A stretch of 32,000 nucleotides of DNA. It comes from Coprobacillaceae bacterium. Lineage in GTDB: Bacteria; Bacillota_I; Bacilli_A; Erysipelotrichales; Coprobacillaceae. Numbering within the stretch: position 1 is the stretch's first letter; the number at the start of each line of letters is the position of its first letter. The notes under the pieces are model-generated. The model did not search any database and was not told the origin of the DNA. It saw nothing but the letters and a program-made list of their open reading frames with translations. Of the stretch, positions 1 through 8,494 are shown in pieces. The DNA lies in NCBI GenBank assembly GCA_963675515.1, contig OY776328.1:2430001-2462000 (forward strand), written 5' to 3'. The position numbers and the translations under genes were made by a program.

Positions 1-503
1 CTTCCTTCAAGTTTGGCTGGTGATTCAACCACTCCGAATTCCGCGCATTCAGCCACAAAATCATCAATGACTTTTTTTCCTAAGTCCATATGAGCCATTT
101 GACGACCTCTGAACCTGATTGCAATTTTAACCTTGTTACCTTCTTCAAGCCAAGCCAATGTTCTTTTCAGTTTGACATTCTTGTCGTGAGTGTCGATTGT
201 CACTGACAGCTGAGTTTCTTTAAGGGTAACGGTTTTCGAGTTTTTCTTCATTTCTCGAGCCTTTTTTTGTTGCTCAAAACGATATTTTCCAAAGTCCATA
301 ATCCGGCATACTGGCGGTTTGGCATTCGGTGCGACACAAACCAAATCTAAATCACGGCTATATGCTAGTTCGATAGCCTCATTTTTCGATTTAACTCCAA
401 GTTGATCTCCATTTTGATCAATAACCAAGACTTCTCTGAAACGAATCTTCTCATTTACTAACTCATCAGGTTGTTTTGGTTTTTTGGTATCATATTTTCT
501 AAT
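1..503 (-). CDS. infC: Translation initiation factor IF-3 (5' part; 3' end lies beyond the window start)
   Basis: Not in the ORF track because it has no ATG and runs off the window. The minus frame from 503 reads IRKYDTKKPKQPDELVNEKIRFREVLVIDQNGDQLGVKSKNEAIELAYSRDLDLVCVAPNAKPPVCRIMDFGKYRFEQQKKAREMKKNSKTVTLKETQLSVTIDTHDKNVKLKRTLAWLEEGNKVKIAIRFRGRQMAHMDLGKKVIDDFVAECAEFGVVESPAKLEG without a stop. This is the conserved IF-3 N and C domain sequence. The start is ATT (503-501), 6 nt after GGAGGTG (516-510). An AUU start is the known hallmark of infC. Confidence 0.93.
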   Translation of the reverse strand, partial: MRKYDTKKPKQPDELVNEKIRFREVLVIDQNGDQLGVKSKNEAIELAYSRDLDLVCVAPNAKPPVCRIMDFGKYRFEQQKKAREMKKNSKTVTLKETQLSVTIDTHDKNVKLKRTLAWLEEGNKVKIAIRFRGRQMAHMDLGKKVIDDFVAECAEFGVVESPAKLEG

Positions 504-521
504 AAAAGTCACCTCCATAGT

Positions 522-663
522 AGTATAAAATAAAAAGCGAGTACAGATTGCACCCGCTATAATCTCATCAAGAATAAATTCTTTGTGACATTTGCCTAGC
601 GATAAGTTCACTCAGGCGAGAAGCAGGCACTTCTTCTTTCCACTACTTTTTATTTACTTTCAC
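522..663 (-). promoter_or_regulatory. infC 5' leader ending in an intrinsic-terminator-like attenuator (candidate L20-leader-type element)
   Basis: A non-coding leader of about 140 nt lies between the predicted -10 box (664-669) and the infC RBS. Minus strand 558->536 folds as AGCGGGTGC-AATCT-GTACTCGCT (9-bp stem with 2 G-U pairs). It is followed by TTTTTATTTTAT (535-522), just upstream of the RBS. No upstream minus-strand gene exists that it could terminate. Confidence 0.5.
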
Positions 664-692
664 ACTATAACAATTATATTGTCGCTTGTCAA
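664..692 (-). promoter_or_regulatory. Sigma-A type promoter for infC (TTGACA-17 nt-TATAGT)
   Basis: On the minus strand, TTGACA is at 692-687, the spacer is 17 nt, and TATAGT is at 669-664. The promoter faces the infC leader. Confidence 0.55.
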
Positions 693-850
693 ACACTTTT
701 TGATTTTTTATTTTAACGTATCTCCAAAATGATAGCAACAAATTCCGACTACATCAGCAGTTCAAATCAATAATTATGTAGGAATGATTTTCACAGTAAT
801 CAATTAGTCCCATTACGACTCAAAGAGCAATACAGCAAACAGCTGGATCT
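664..850. repeat. 187-bp direct repeat, left copy (target-site duplication of the IS)
   Basis: Identical at 187/187 positions to 2857-3043. The flanking bases differ on both sides (663 c vs 2856 g; 851 c vs 3044 a). Confidence 0.95.
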
Positions 851-961
851 CCTGAGTTTGACACCTGGACATACATAATCTTACATAATTTTAGTCGTTT
901 TCCCTTGATGGAATGCGTCTTTTTTATTACCAAAAAATGTCAACACTTTGTGCTTTATGTG

Positions 962-990
962 TTGTGTAATGTTCTGTAACGTGGTATAAT
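962..990 (+). promoter_or_regulatory. Transposase promoter (TTGTGT-17 nt-TATAAT with TGn extended -10)
   Basis: TTGTGT at 962-967, TG at 982-983, TATAAT at 985-990. RBS AGAGGGG at 996-1002, ATG at 1012. Confidence 0.45.
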
Positions 991-1011
991 TAGCTAGAGG
1001 GGCTGATTTCG

Positions 1012-2781
1012 ATGTTTTTAAAGAAAGCAAAGTATAAAAATGGTCGGGTTTATTTATCGATTGTTGAAGGTTTCCGAGCTGATGGCAAGGTCAAACAACG
1101 GACTATCCAAAAATTGGGGTTCCTTGACGAGCTATCAGGTCAATACGATGACCCTATCGCTCACTTCACTCAAGTGGCCCAGGATATGACCGAGAGAGTC
1201 AATTCCGAAGCTGTAACAACTATCGAGATTAATTCAGCCGATACCATCGATGATGGCAACAACCTTTATAACGTGGGTTATGGTATTCTCAAATCAATTT
1301 ACAGCGATACGAAATTAACCGATTTCTTCAAAACCAAGAACAGAAAGCACAATGTGGAATATAACTTCAATAAAATATTCCAGCTGTTGGTATATTCTCG
1401 AATCCTATACCCGTCTTCCAAACGGGAGACATTTGAAAACAGGACTTCCTTTTTCGAATCGTTTGACAACTTCTCATTAAAGGACATGTACAAATCCCTT
1501 GATTTCTACAGCAAGTTCAAGGAAGAAATTGAAGCATGGCTCTGGCATAACACTAGGGACAGTTACAAGCGAGATGCCTCACAGGCCTTCTATGACTGCA
1601 CCAATTACTATTTCGAGATCGCATTCAATGACGAAGACCTGATTGACGAAGAAGGGAACATCATCGAAAAGGGCTATCGAAAAAGAGGTCCTGAAAAAAA
1701 CAAAAGGCCCGATCCGATTATCGAGATGGGGCTGTTGATGGATTCAAATGGTATTCCGCTAGCGTATGACCTATTCCCAGGTAACGAATCAGAGAAGACC
1801 TCTTTAAGACCGATCGTAAAAAGAACCAAAGCACAATTCGGAATAAATCGCACAATTATCGTGGCTGACAGAGGGCTTAACACTTCCGACAACATCTATT
1901 TCCTAGCCGACAAAAATGACGATAAATCCAGGAATATGGACGGCTACGTTTATGGCCAGTCAATCAGGGGTGCCGATAAGGAATTCAAGAAGTGGGCACT
2001 GGATCCAGAAGGATTCGAAGCTAATCTTCTAAAGGAAAACGGGAAGGAAATAGCTTTTATTCATAAATCAAGATTGTACGGTAAGAAAATAAGATTGATA
2101 CGGGACGGTAAACGAGATTCGGAGTACACGATCTACCAAAAACAAATGGTTTACTATTCAGCCAAATACGCCAGAAAACAAAAACGGGAACGGGACTTGC
2201 TCATTGCCAAAGCACAAGATCTGATCAAAGCGCCTGGAAAATATACCAAGGCTACAAGTTACGGAGCCGCTGCATACGTTCAAGATATCGAATTTGACAA
2301 AAATACCGGCGAAGTCAAAACAAAAAAGAAGCTACAATTGGACGAAAAGAAAATAAATGAAGACGCCAAATATGATGGCTATTATTCAATAGTCACTAGC
2401 GAAAAAAACCTAGAGGACATCGAAATAAGAAATATATACCGTGGCCTGATTAAGATAGAAGACACATTCAGGGTATCGAAAACAAATTTCGAGTCACGTC
2501 CGGTTTACGTATGGACCGCTGAACACATTGAAGCTCACTTCCTCACATGCTTCGTGGCCCTTGTGCTCATAAGATTATTAGAAAAGAGATTACAAAGCAA
2601 ATACAGCGTCGGGTCAATGATTGAGTCACTGAAAAATTATAATTGCGTAAACATCGATAAAAACATTTATCAATTCCTATACCGAGATGAGGTAATAAAG
2701 CACATCGAACAGGAATTCGGCATTGATTTGAGCAAAAAATACAAAACCAGACAAGAAATTAAAAAATTTTTAAAGTACTAG
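1012..2781 (+). CDS. IS1634-family DDE transposase
   Basis: 589-aa ORF. The N-terminus MFLKKAKYKNGRVYLSIVEGFRADGKVKQRTIQKLGFLDEL is the pattern I recognise from IS1634/IS4-like transposases. The ORF sits between the inverted repeats. Confidence 0.9.
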   Translation: MFLKKAKYKNGRVYLSIVEGFRADGKVKQRTIQKLGFLDELSGQYDDPIAHFTQVAQDMTERVNSEAVTTIEINSADTIDDGNNLYNVGYGILKSIYSDTKLTDFFKTKNRKHNVEYNFNKIFQLLVYSRILYPSSKRETFENRTSFFESFDNFSLKDMYKSLDFYSKFKEEIEAWLWHNTRDSYKRDASQAFYDCTNYYFEIAFNDEDLIDEEGNIIEKGYRKRGPEKNKRPDPIIEMGLLMDSNGIPLAYDLFPGNESEKTSLRPIVKRTKAQFGINRTIIVADRGLNTSDNIYFLADKNDDKSRNMDGYVYGQSIRGADKEFKKWALDPEGFEANLLKENGKEIAFIHKSRLYGKKIRLIRDGKRDSEYTIYQKQMVYYSAKYARKQKRERDLLIAKAQDLIKAPGKYTKATSYGAAAYVQDIEFDKNTGEVKTKKKLQLDEKKINEDAKYDGYYSIVTSEKNLEDIEIRNIYRGLIKIEDTFRVSKTNFESRPVYVWTAEHIEAHFLTCFVALVLIRLLEKRLQSKYSVGSMIESLKNYNCVNIDKNIYQFLYRDEVIKHIEQEFGIDLSKKYKTRQEIKKFLKY

Positions 2782-2801
2782 GTATTACACAACACGGAGA
2801 A

Positions 2802-2841
2802 ATGCGAAAACCCTCGAATATATCGAGGGTTTTCGCATTTT
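2802..2841 (+). terminator. Intrinsic terminator inside the right IS end
   Basis: Perfect 16-bp stem ATGCGAAAACCCTCGA / TCGAGGGTTTTCGCAT (2802-2817 / 2823-2838) with a 5-nt loop, followed by TTT. It directly abuts IRR. Confidence 0.8.
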
Positions 2842-2856
2842 GGTGTCAAACTCGAG

Positions 2857-3043
2857 ACTATAACAATTATATTGTCGCTTGTCAAACACTTTTTGATTTT
2901 TTATTTTAACGTATCTCCAAAATGATAGCAACAAATTCCGACTACATCAGCAGTTCAAATCAATAATTATGTAGGAATGATTTTCACAGTAATCAATTAG
3001 TCCCATTACGACTCAAAGAGCAATACAGCAAACAGCTGGATCT
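2857..3043. repeat. 187-bp direct repeat, right copy
   Basis: Identical to 664-850. It contains a second copy of the TTGACA-17-TATAGT promoter (2885-2857, minus strand). Confidence 0.95.
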
Positions 3044-3422
3044 AGTCTGTATACTTTGAAATAGTATTCATGGATCGATCAGACAGATTCAAACGTACCT
3101 GGTATTTAATATGTGACAGATTGATTACGAATCATATTGAAATTTTATTCATATTTATATATAAAATCTTGCAAACTAATTCATTAACATGGTAAACTAT
3201 TAATGTCAATTGTTACCGGTTACAATAAATGACAGTTCAGTTAGTACTAAACACTCTATTGATGCAACGTTCATTTATCATGCGCTCATGTATTATTAGG
3301 TAAAATATAGTGCCTTGATAATTGTATTGTAAAATCAAATCTTTGCACCATTAATAATTATTCAGAAAAATTTGAGAGGAATTGGGATTATCGATGTTTG
3401 GACGCATTCATTTGTAATCAAA

Positions 3423-5261
3423 ATGGAACTTATGAAAAAAATAACATCTATATTTGCAGTTTTTGTATTGTCTTTTTCAATATTCACAGGGGCGATTGAT
3501 CCCGTGAATGCACAAGAGGACCTCGTACTTACTGCCGTGGATTCAGGTGATACCACAGGGTACTTGTACAGCATGGCCGCTACAAACAAGATAGAGGATC
3601 GATGCCCGTACATTTTACCAACATATTTTATCTACGGAGACGGTTTTTTAGACAAGCAGGGAGCCGAGGATCTGCTCGAAGAAATGGATATAGTTGATCA
3701 TATCAAGAAATACACAACTAAGGTATATGTAATCAACCCAAAAAACAACAAAACTTTTACCGATGAAGATTTGGATTCTTTTATTTCGATAGTAAAGAGT
3801 TCAGGCATAGTGTCAAATATCAAAGTAATAGGCGTTGGAGACGGAGCTACATTCGTAAACAATTACATTTCCCAACGTTGCTATGCAGTTGCAGGGATAA
3901 TGACATATGGCGGAGAAATGGCCTCAGGGTTAGATTATGATGTACCCGTACCAACCTATATCAGCCAAAGCAATCAGGATGTTGCAGAATACTTTATAAA
4001 GGCTAATGGAGCATCACTTGAAAAAGAAAGTGACGGACTAAAATATTATGCAAATAGTGATAAGCCACTCCAAAAGGTTGTCGTCAATAATGAAAATGAA
4101 ACTATGGAAGAAGCATTTTCCAATGCATGGACTACAGTATTTTCAAGTAATTACAGATATTACAATTATGAGGAAGAATGGTACACTGTAGATGTTTCCC
4201 TGATAACTGAACCTTATGAGTTGGTTGAGTATGTAATGTACGATGAATTAGGCATCACCGTAAACACAAAAACCGAAGACATTACCGGAAACGGTGAGAG
4301 CCTTTGGTCCGAGTATATACCTGATGCTGCCCTTGATGCCGATGATGGTACCGTACCGTTAGTGCTTCTACTTCACGGAAACGGAAACGACAACAGGGTT
4401 CAACCGGAAACTTCAGGGTGGATTGAGCTGGCTAGCGAAGAAGGTTTCATTTGCGTAGCAGCGGAACACCAGGGTTCAAGTGGCTATACTCCACTTGCAA
4501 CTCAAACGGGAAATGGTATTTACGATGTCGAAATGGGTGGTGTAATCAAATTGATTAATAAATTATTAGAAGACTACCCTCAATTGGATTCATCTAGAAT
4601 CTACACGACCGGCCTTTCTTTAGGCGCAAACTACTCATACAATCTTGGAATTTTATATCCGGATATATTTGCCGCAGTTAGCGGTCATTCGGGAACTTTC
4701 GGTAATCCAGACCTGCTTGAAATCGCTCAAAATGAAGCAATTGATGGGAATTTTGTGCCATTATATATGGTTGGAGGATTGCAAGATGCGTACAAACCTT
4801 TGCCGGTCGGACTGGAAGGCGAAGCTTTGGAAAACAACTATAACTACAAACTGTATCAAGTATTAAGAGCGTATGGGGCATTAAACGGAGTTGTCGTATC
4901 CGACCAACCAGACATAAGTATTTCGCCATACTACGGTACCCAAACAACAAAAGAGGAATGGACAAAAATAGGTGAGATAGACGCCTACGTAGGTACACTG
5001 GAAAACAATGACAGGGTCGTAATCAAAACCGTGGCATTGAATCCATATGCTCATTGGAACTATAAACCGGTCGCTCGCGAGATGTGGGATTTCTTCAAAC
5101 AATATGCGAAAGATCAAAGCACCGGAGAAACGATATTTTTAAATGTAGTTGATAATCAGAACGAAACAAGCACATTAACTCAAATATTCCCATATGTAGT
5201 AGGATTTACTGCAGTTGGCTTAGTAATGGCTATTTATATTTCAAGAAGAAAGAAAGTTTAA
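3423..5261 (+). CDS. Secreted, membrane-anchored esterase (PHB-depolymerase / CE1-type alpha/beta hydrolase) with an N-terminal domain of unknown function
   Basis: Signal peptide MKKITSIFAVFVLSFSIFTGAIDPVNAQE. The C-terminal half carries VPLVLLLHGNGNDN...GFICVAAEHQ...IYTTGLSLGANYSY...YPDIFAAVSGHSG, which is an Esterase_PHB-like pattern with a GxSxG nucleophile. The last 25 aa form a TM helix plus an RRKKV tail. The track start at 3372 is a TTG with no RBS. ATG 3423 or 3432 is more likely, but the start remains uncertain. Confidence 0.85.
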   Translation: MELMKKITSIFAVFVLSFSIFTGAIDPVNAQEDLVLTAVDSGDTTGYLYSMAATNKIEDRCPYILPTYFIYGDGFLDKQGAEDLLEEMDIVDHIKKYTTKVYVINPKNNKTFTDEDLDSFISIVKSSGIVSNIKVIGVGDGATFVNNYISQRCYAVAGIMTYGGEMASGLDYDVPVPTYISQSNQDVAEYFIKANGASLEKESDGLKYYANSDKPLQKVVVNNENETMEEAFSNAWTTVFSSNYRYYNYEEEWYTVDVSLITEPYELVEYVMYDELGITVNTKTEDITGNGESLWSEYIPDAALDADDGTVPLVLLLHGNGNDNRVQPETSGWIELASEEGFICVAAEHQGSSGYTPLATQTGNGIYDVEMGGVIKLINKLLEDYPQLDSSRIYTTGLSLGANYSYNLGILYPDIFAAVSGHSGTFGNPDLLEIAQNEAIDGNFVPLYMVGGLQDAYKPLPVGLEGEALENNYNYKLYQVLRAYGALNGVVVSDQPDISISPYYGTQTTKEEWTKIGEIDAYVGTLENNDRVVIKTVALNPYAHWNYKPVAREMWDFFKQYAKDQSTGETIFLNVVDNQNETSTLTQIFPYVVGFTAVGLVMAIYISRRKKV

Positions 5262-5311
5262 ACAAATTAAACGATATTATCTCTAAATATAGGAAATTGG
5301 AACTACCAATA

Positions 5312-5357
5312 AAAACCGTGGATTTTGCATAATACGCATAACTTCACGGTTTTTTAT
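5312..5357. terminator. Bidirectional intrinsic terminator between convergent genes (esterase and rluA-family)
   Basis: AACCGTG (5314-5320) pairs with CACGGTT (5345-5351). It is flanked by an A-run upstream and TTTTTATT downstream, so a T-run follows the hairpin on both strands. The loop is long (24 nt). Confidence 0.55.
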
Positions 5358-5454
5358 TGTCTGTTATATAATATATATGTAGAATAAATCAAAATTATTG
5401 CAAACCAATCATGGCCCTTCATTTACATTATCTTAAAACAAATATTTTTGATTT

Positions 5455-6294
5455 TTATCTTGAACCTTTATTGAAAGGCCGCTCGAACTCCTCCGGAAGT
5501 TCAGTTTCGAAATAGAACTTCTTCTTGGTGACAGGATGCACGAACCCGAAACAGAAGGCATGAAGCCCAAGACGTCTGATCGGGTTGGTCACACTGCCAT
5601 ACTTCTTGTCCCCGACAATGGGACAGTTGAGCGAAGCGAGGGTGACGCGGATCTGGTTTTTCCGTCCAGTCCGCAGGAATATCCGGGCCAAAGTATTGCG
5701 GGAAGAACTTTTCATCACTTCGTAGTCGGTTATCGCCTTTTTGCCGTCTCTGGCAATGTATACCTGCTGGGTTTTGGTCTCCTTTAGGTAATTGACGATC
5801 CGGTCTTTTTCCTTGGGCAGTTTCCCTTCGCAAAGGGCGTAATAGCCACGATGGGTCACTATTTCGTTCCAGTTGTCCTGGAGCATCTTCTTGATTTTCT
5901 CGTTTTTCGCAAACATCAAAATGCCTGAAGTATCGCGATCAAGCCGGTGGAGGACAAACACCCGGGCCTGAGGGTTTTTCCCCTTGAGATAAAGGGAAAC
6001 ATGATGATAGGCTGTCTGTTCCTTCTCGTTGCCCCCGGCAATCGAAAGCAAGCCCGCCGGCTTGTTGATAACGACAAGCTCATCATCTTCATAGATTATG
6101 TCAAGGTCCGTTTTCGACCCTTCCTTGATCTCGACCTGGTCGCCAGGTTGGCAAATTGTGTCAAAACGGACATCGTTCGAGCCGTTGACATGGACCTGCT
6201 TGTACTTCAGGTATTTCTTGACATTTTTCTTGTTGTAAAAATCGAGCAGGAAATCCTGAAGCATTGTCTGATTCTTTACTGTTAGTACTCTCAT
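5455..6294 (-). CDS. RluA-family 23S rRNA/tRNA pseudouridine synthase with an N-terminal S4-like domain
   Basis: Motifs VINKPAGLLS, the catalytic HRLDRDTSGILMF, and TGRKNQIRV. The ATG overlaps the stop codon of the upstream gene by 1 nt (TAATG at 6296-6292). Confidence 0.92.
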   Translation of the reverse strand: MRVLTVKNQTMLQDFLLDFYNKKNVKKYLKYKQVHVNGSNDVRFDTICQPGDQVEIKEGSKTDLDIIYEDDELVVINKPAGLLSIAGGNEKEQTAYHHVSLYLKGKNPQARVFVLHRLDRDTSGILMFAKNEKIKKMLQDNWNEIVTHRGYYALCEGKLPKEKDRIVNYLKETKTQQVYIARDGKKAITDYEVMKSSSRNTLARIFLRTGRKNQIRVTLASLNCPIVGDKKYGSVTNPIRRLGLHAFCFGFVHPVTKKKFYFETELPEEFERPFNKGSR

Positions 6295-8231
6295 TATAAA
6301 TTCACAATCCTTTTATTGATAAGAACCACCGCCATTGAAATGGCAACATCGATCAACACGGCCAGAGTCCAGGGAATTATGTTGGCAACGGATAAAGCGA
6401 AGATGGCCACGACCCCGACAAGCCCCAAAAGACCATACTGGTAAATGACATGGCGATAGCGGGCCGATACCCTGAAAACATTCTCCATTGTCTGTTTCGA
6501 AGAGTCTTTGAGCACGATATCGGAATTGCGGATAACCCTTTTTGCCAGGATGCCGCCCCTGGAAATGCCGACATTGGCGCTTTGAAGCAGGATGATATCC
6601 TTGGTCGAATCGCCGATGTAACATACCGCGTTATGGTTCTGGTAGTCGGTGATCACTTTTAGTTTGTCCTGGGTCGAGTAGTTGTTTCGGACCTGGTATT
6701 TCCCAGCGACAAGATCCTGCGGTCCGTCATTGAAGATGACCATGATCTTGTTGAGCGAGTCGAGATATTCGATCAGTTCAAGTTCGTCAAGGCCAACCGG
6801 CTGGTCGTCGATGCGGTCGTAGATGATCACATTGCATGAATTAAGCCGATAGATGCTGTTGGCATTCTTGATGACGATGTTTTTAGTCATTGCGTTGGCG
6901 ACCACCCCAAGCGACGAATATGAAATAGCCTGAAGATAGGTGGCATTAGATGAGATGGAAAGCAGGATGATCCCGATATAGATGTATGATTCGTCGATAA
7001 TCCCAAACAAACCGGACAGGACAATGAAAACTGCGCCTAGTACAATGAGTACAAGGGTGTAGCCCTTGGCAAAGAGCTGCATGAACTTGAACATTCTCGA
7101 TTCGTTAAGAGCGTAGCTGGTCGCCCGGGAAGCGACAAGGTTCAAAGCTGATGATTGATAGATTTTCTTGACCTTGATCCTGATGGTTCCCTGAAGATTG
7201 GTGCATCCGGCCCGGATTTGATCGCCGGACTTGAACAGCTTGTCACTGTCATCGCCATCGACCGCGTAGGAATTCACGAATGCCTTTTCGTCCAATAATT
7301 CACAATCAAAATTGATTGTCTCGTTTTCACTGACCACCACCACATCGTTGATATCGATGCCACTAAGGGGCATCCAAAGAACGCCCTGGTCGGTTTCCAC
7401 ATTGCCATACTCGATTTCTTCTAGCTTCTTGTCGATATCGTTGATAACCCATGTTCCCATGGTGATAAGCAGTTCCTTGGAAGCCAGATAGATTCCGACA
7501 ACAAGAACCATTTCATAATAGAAGCCAAAAACCCAGCCCAGAAAAGCCGAAACAATCAGGAGATTGTCCTCAGTGAAGTAGCGCCTGCGTCTGATATCGC
7601 TCCACGCCCCCACAAGCAGCCCCCAGAGCAGGACAGCCAAGGTCGCCAGCCATGCGATCCGGGTGATTATGGTTGGCTCGCGCCGGGTCACCACAGCGAT
7701 CCCAAACGCCAACGCCCCGACAATAACCATCACAAAGTAGCGGGTGAATGTCCGATTGAAAAAATCCTCACCCTGGAATGGCCGGTTGTAATTGATGATA
7801 TTGATATCCGGAGAGATTTTCGCGACAATCCGGCTCAATCTGGCCAGGACATGGTGGTCATTGGTCGTCAGCTTGAGCAGCTTGTTTTGCCGGTTGAGAG
7901 AAACATTCGTATAGCTTGAATAGGAAGCGAGAACCTCGATGACCTGTTCCATTTCATCCTTGTTGATGTTTTCAAACAGGAAGAAGTACTCTTTAGGCTC
8001 GGTTTCCTTTTTGAGTTCGATTTCCTTTTCATCGACTATTTCCTGGATCTTCAAAGCGGGATCGATTGCTTCAACAACCTCCACAACCCCCATGATGTCG
8101 ATGCTGTCGAATTCAATCGCTTCATCTTTTATTTTTATATGGGCAACTTCGCCAAGGCTGTTGAGCTTAAGCGAAAGTTCGTTAAAGATCTTGACGTCGT
8201 TGATATTCCTGATAGTAAAATGTCTTATCAT
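6294..8231 (-). CDS. Degenerate (probably non-catalytic) heavy-metal P1B-type ATPase homologue
   Basis: Collinear with the CopA/CadA architecture: two HMA-like domains, a TM bundle, an A-domain and part of a P-domain. VDESxLTGES is replaced by VNSYAVDGDD (7242-7262). CPC is replaced by SISSN. DKTGT is replaced by DRIDD (6805-6819). GDGxND is replaced by GDSTKD (6597-6614). Only about 20 aa lie where the N domain should be. ATG 8231 sits 7 nt after AAGGAGG (8245-8239). The track start, GTG 8237, is too close to that RBS. Confidence 0.85.
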   Translation of the reverse strand: MIRHFTIRNINDVKIFNELSLKLNSLGEVAHIKIKDEAIEFDSIDIMGVVEVVEAIDPALKIQEIVDEKEIELKKETEPKEYFFLFENINKDEMEQVIEVLASYSSYTNVSLNRQNKLLKLTTNDHHVLARLSRIVAKISPDINIINYNRPFQGEDFFNRTFTRYFVMVIVGALAFGIAVVTRREPTIITRIAWLATLAVLLWGLLVGAWSDIRRRRYFTEDNLLIVSAFLGWVFGFYYEMVLVVGIYLASKELLITMGTWVINDIDKKLEEIEYGNVETDQGVLWMPLSGIDINDVVVVSENETINFDCELLDEKAFVNSYAVDGDDSDKLFKSGDQIRAGCTNLQGTIRIKVKKIYQSSALNLVASRATSYALNESRMFKFMQLFAKGYTLVLIVLGAVFIVLSGLFGIIDESYIYIGIILLSISSNATYLQAISYSSLGVVANAMTKNIVIKNANSIYRLNSCNVIIYDRIDDQPVGLDELELIEYLDSLNKIMVIFNDGPQDLVAGKYQVRNNYSTQDKLKVITDYQNHNAVCYIGDSTKDIILLQSANVGISRGGILAKRVIRNSDIVLKDSSKQTMENVFRVSARYRHVIYQYGLLGLVGVVAIFALSVANIIPWTLAVLIDVAISMAVVLINKRIVNL

Positions 8232-8244
8232 ATCCACGCCTCCT

Positions 8245-8424
8245 TTACTTTTTATTGATCAACACAAAGTGCGCATCGAACTCCTTGTGGGTGCAACTCA
8301 ATGCATATTCCTCACCGTAAACCTTGTAGTATACGGGATTGATGCCATCGTCTTTAACAACACAATCATAAGTCTGTCTTTCAAAAAACAAAACTTCTTT
8401 CTCTTTGCCGATGATCATCTCCAT
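8245..8424 (-). CDS. Small hypothetical protein, 59 aa (below the ORF-track cutoff)
   Basis: Minus-strand ORF MEMIIGKEKEVLFFERQTYDCVVKDDGINPVYYKVYGEEYALSCTHKEFDAHFVLINKK. Its TAA stop (8247-8245) overlaps the RBS of the downstream ATPase-like gene. It has no strong RBS of its own. Confidence 0.35.
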   Translation of the reverse strand: MEMIIGKEKEVLFFERQTYDCVVKDDGINPVYYKVYGEEYALSCTHKEFDAHFVLINKK

Positions 8425-8494
8425 ATTGCTTAAGCAACGGCAAACAAGCCTTTTTCCAACATGTGCGATAAAGCGTCACCCCCCATTAGAAAAT

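Larger units (their letters stand above)
851..2856 (+). mobile_element. IS1634-family (IS4-related) insertion sequence, 2,006 bp
   Basis: Terminal imperfect inverted repeats: 851-865 CCTGAGTTTGACACC and 2842-2856 (reverse complement CTCGAGTTTGACACC), 13/15 matching. It carries a single transposase ORF with its own promoter and terminator, and is bounded by the 187-bp direct repeats. Confidence 0.9.

Noticed and set aside
3394-3417. 7-codon uORF (MFGRIHL) behind a GAGAGGA/TGGGA motif, ending 5 nt before the esterase ATG at 3423
   Set aside because: A re-initiation arrangement is conceivable, but the RBS spacing is poor and nothing else supports it. I noted it only as a reason for start-site uncertainty.
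7939-8433. 164-aa plus-strand ORF spanning the 5' end of the ATPase-like gene and the 59-aa ORF
   Set aside because: It is serine/leucine-rich low-complexity sequence with no RBS. The minus strand carries coupled genes with RBSs.
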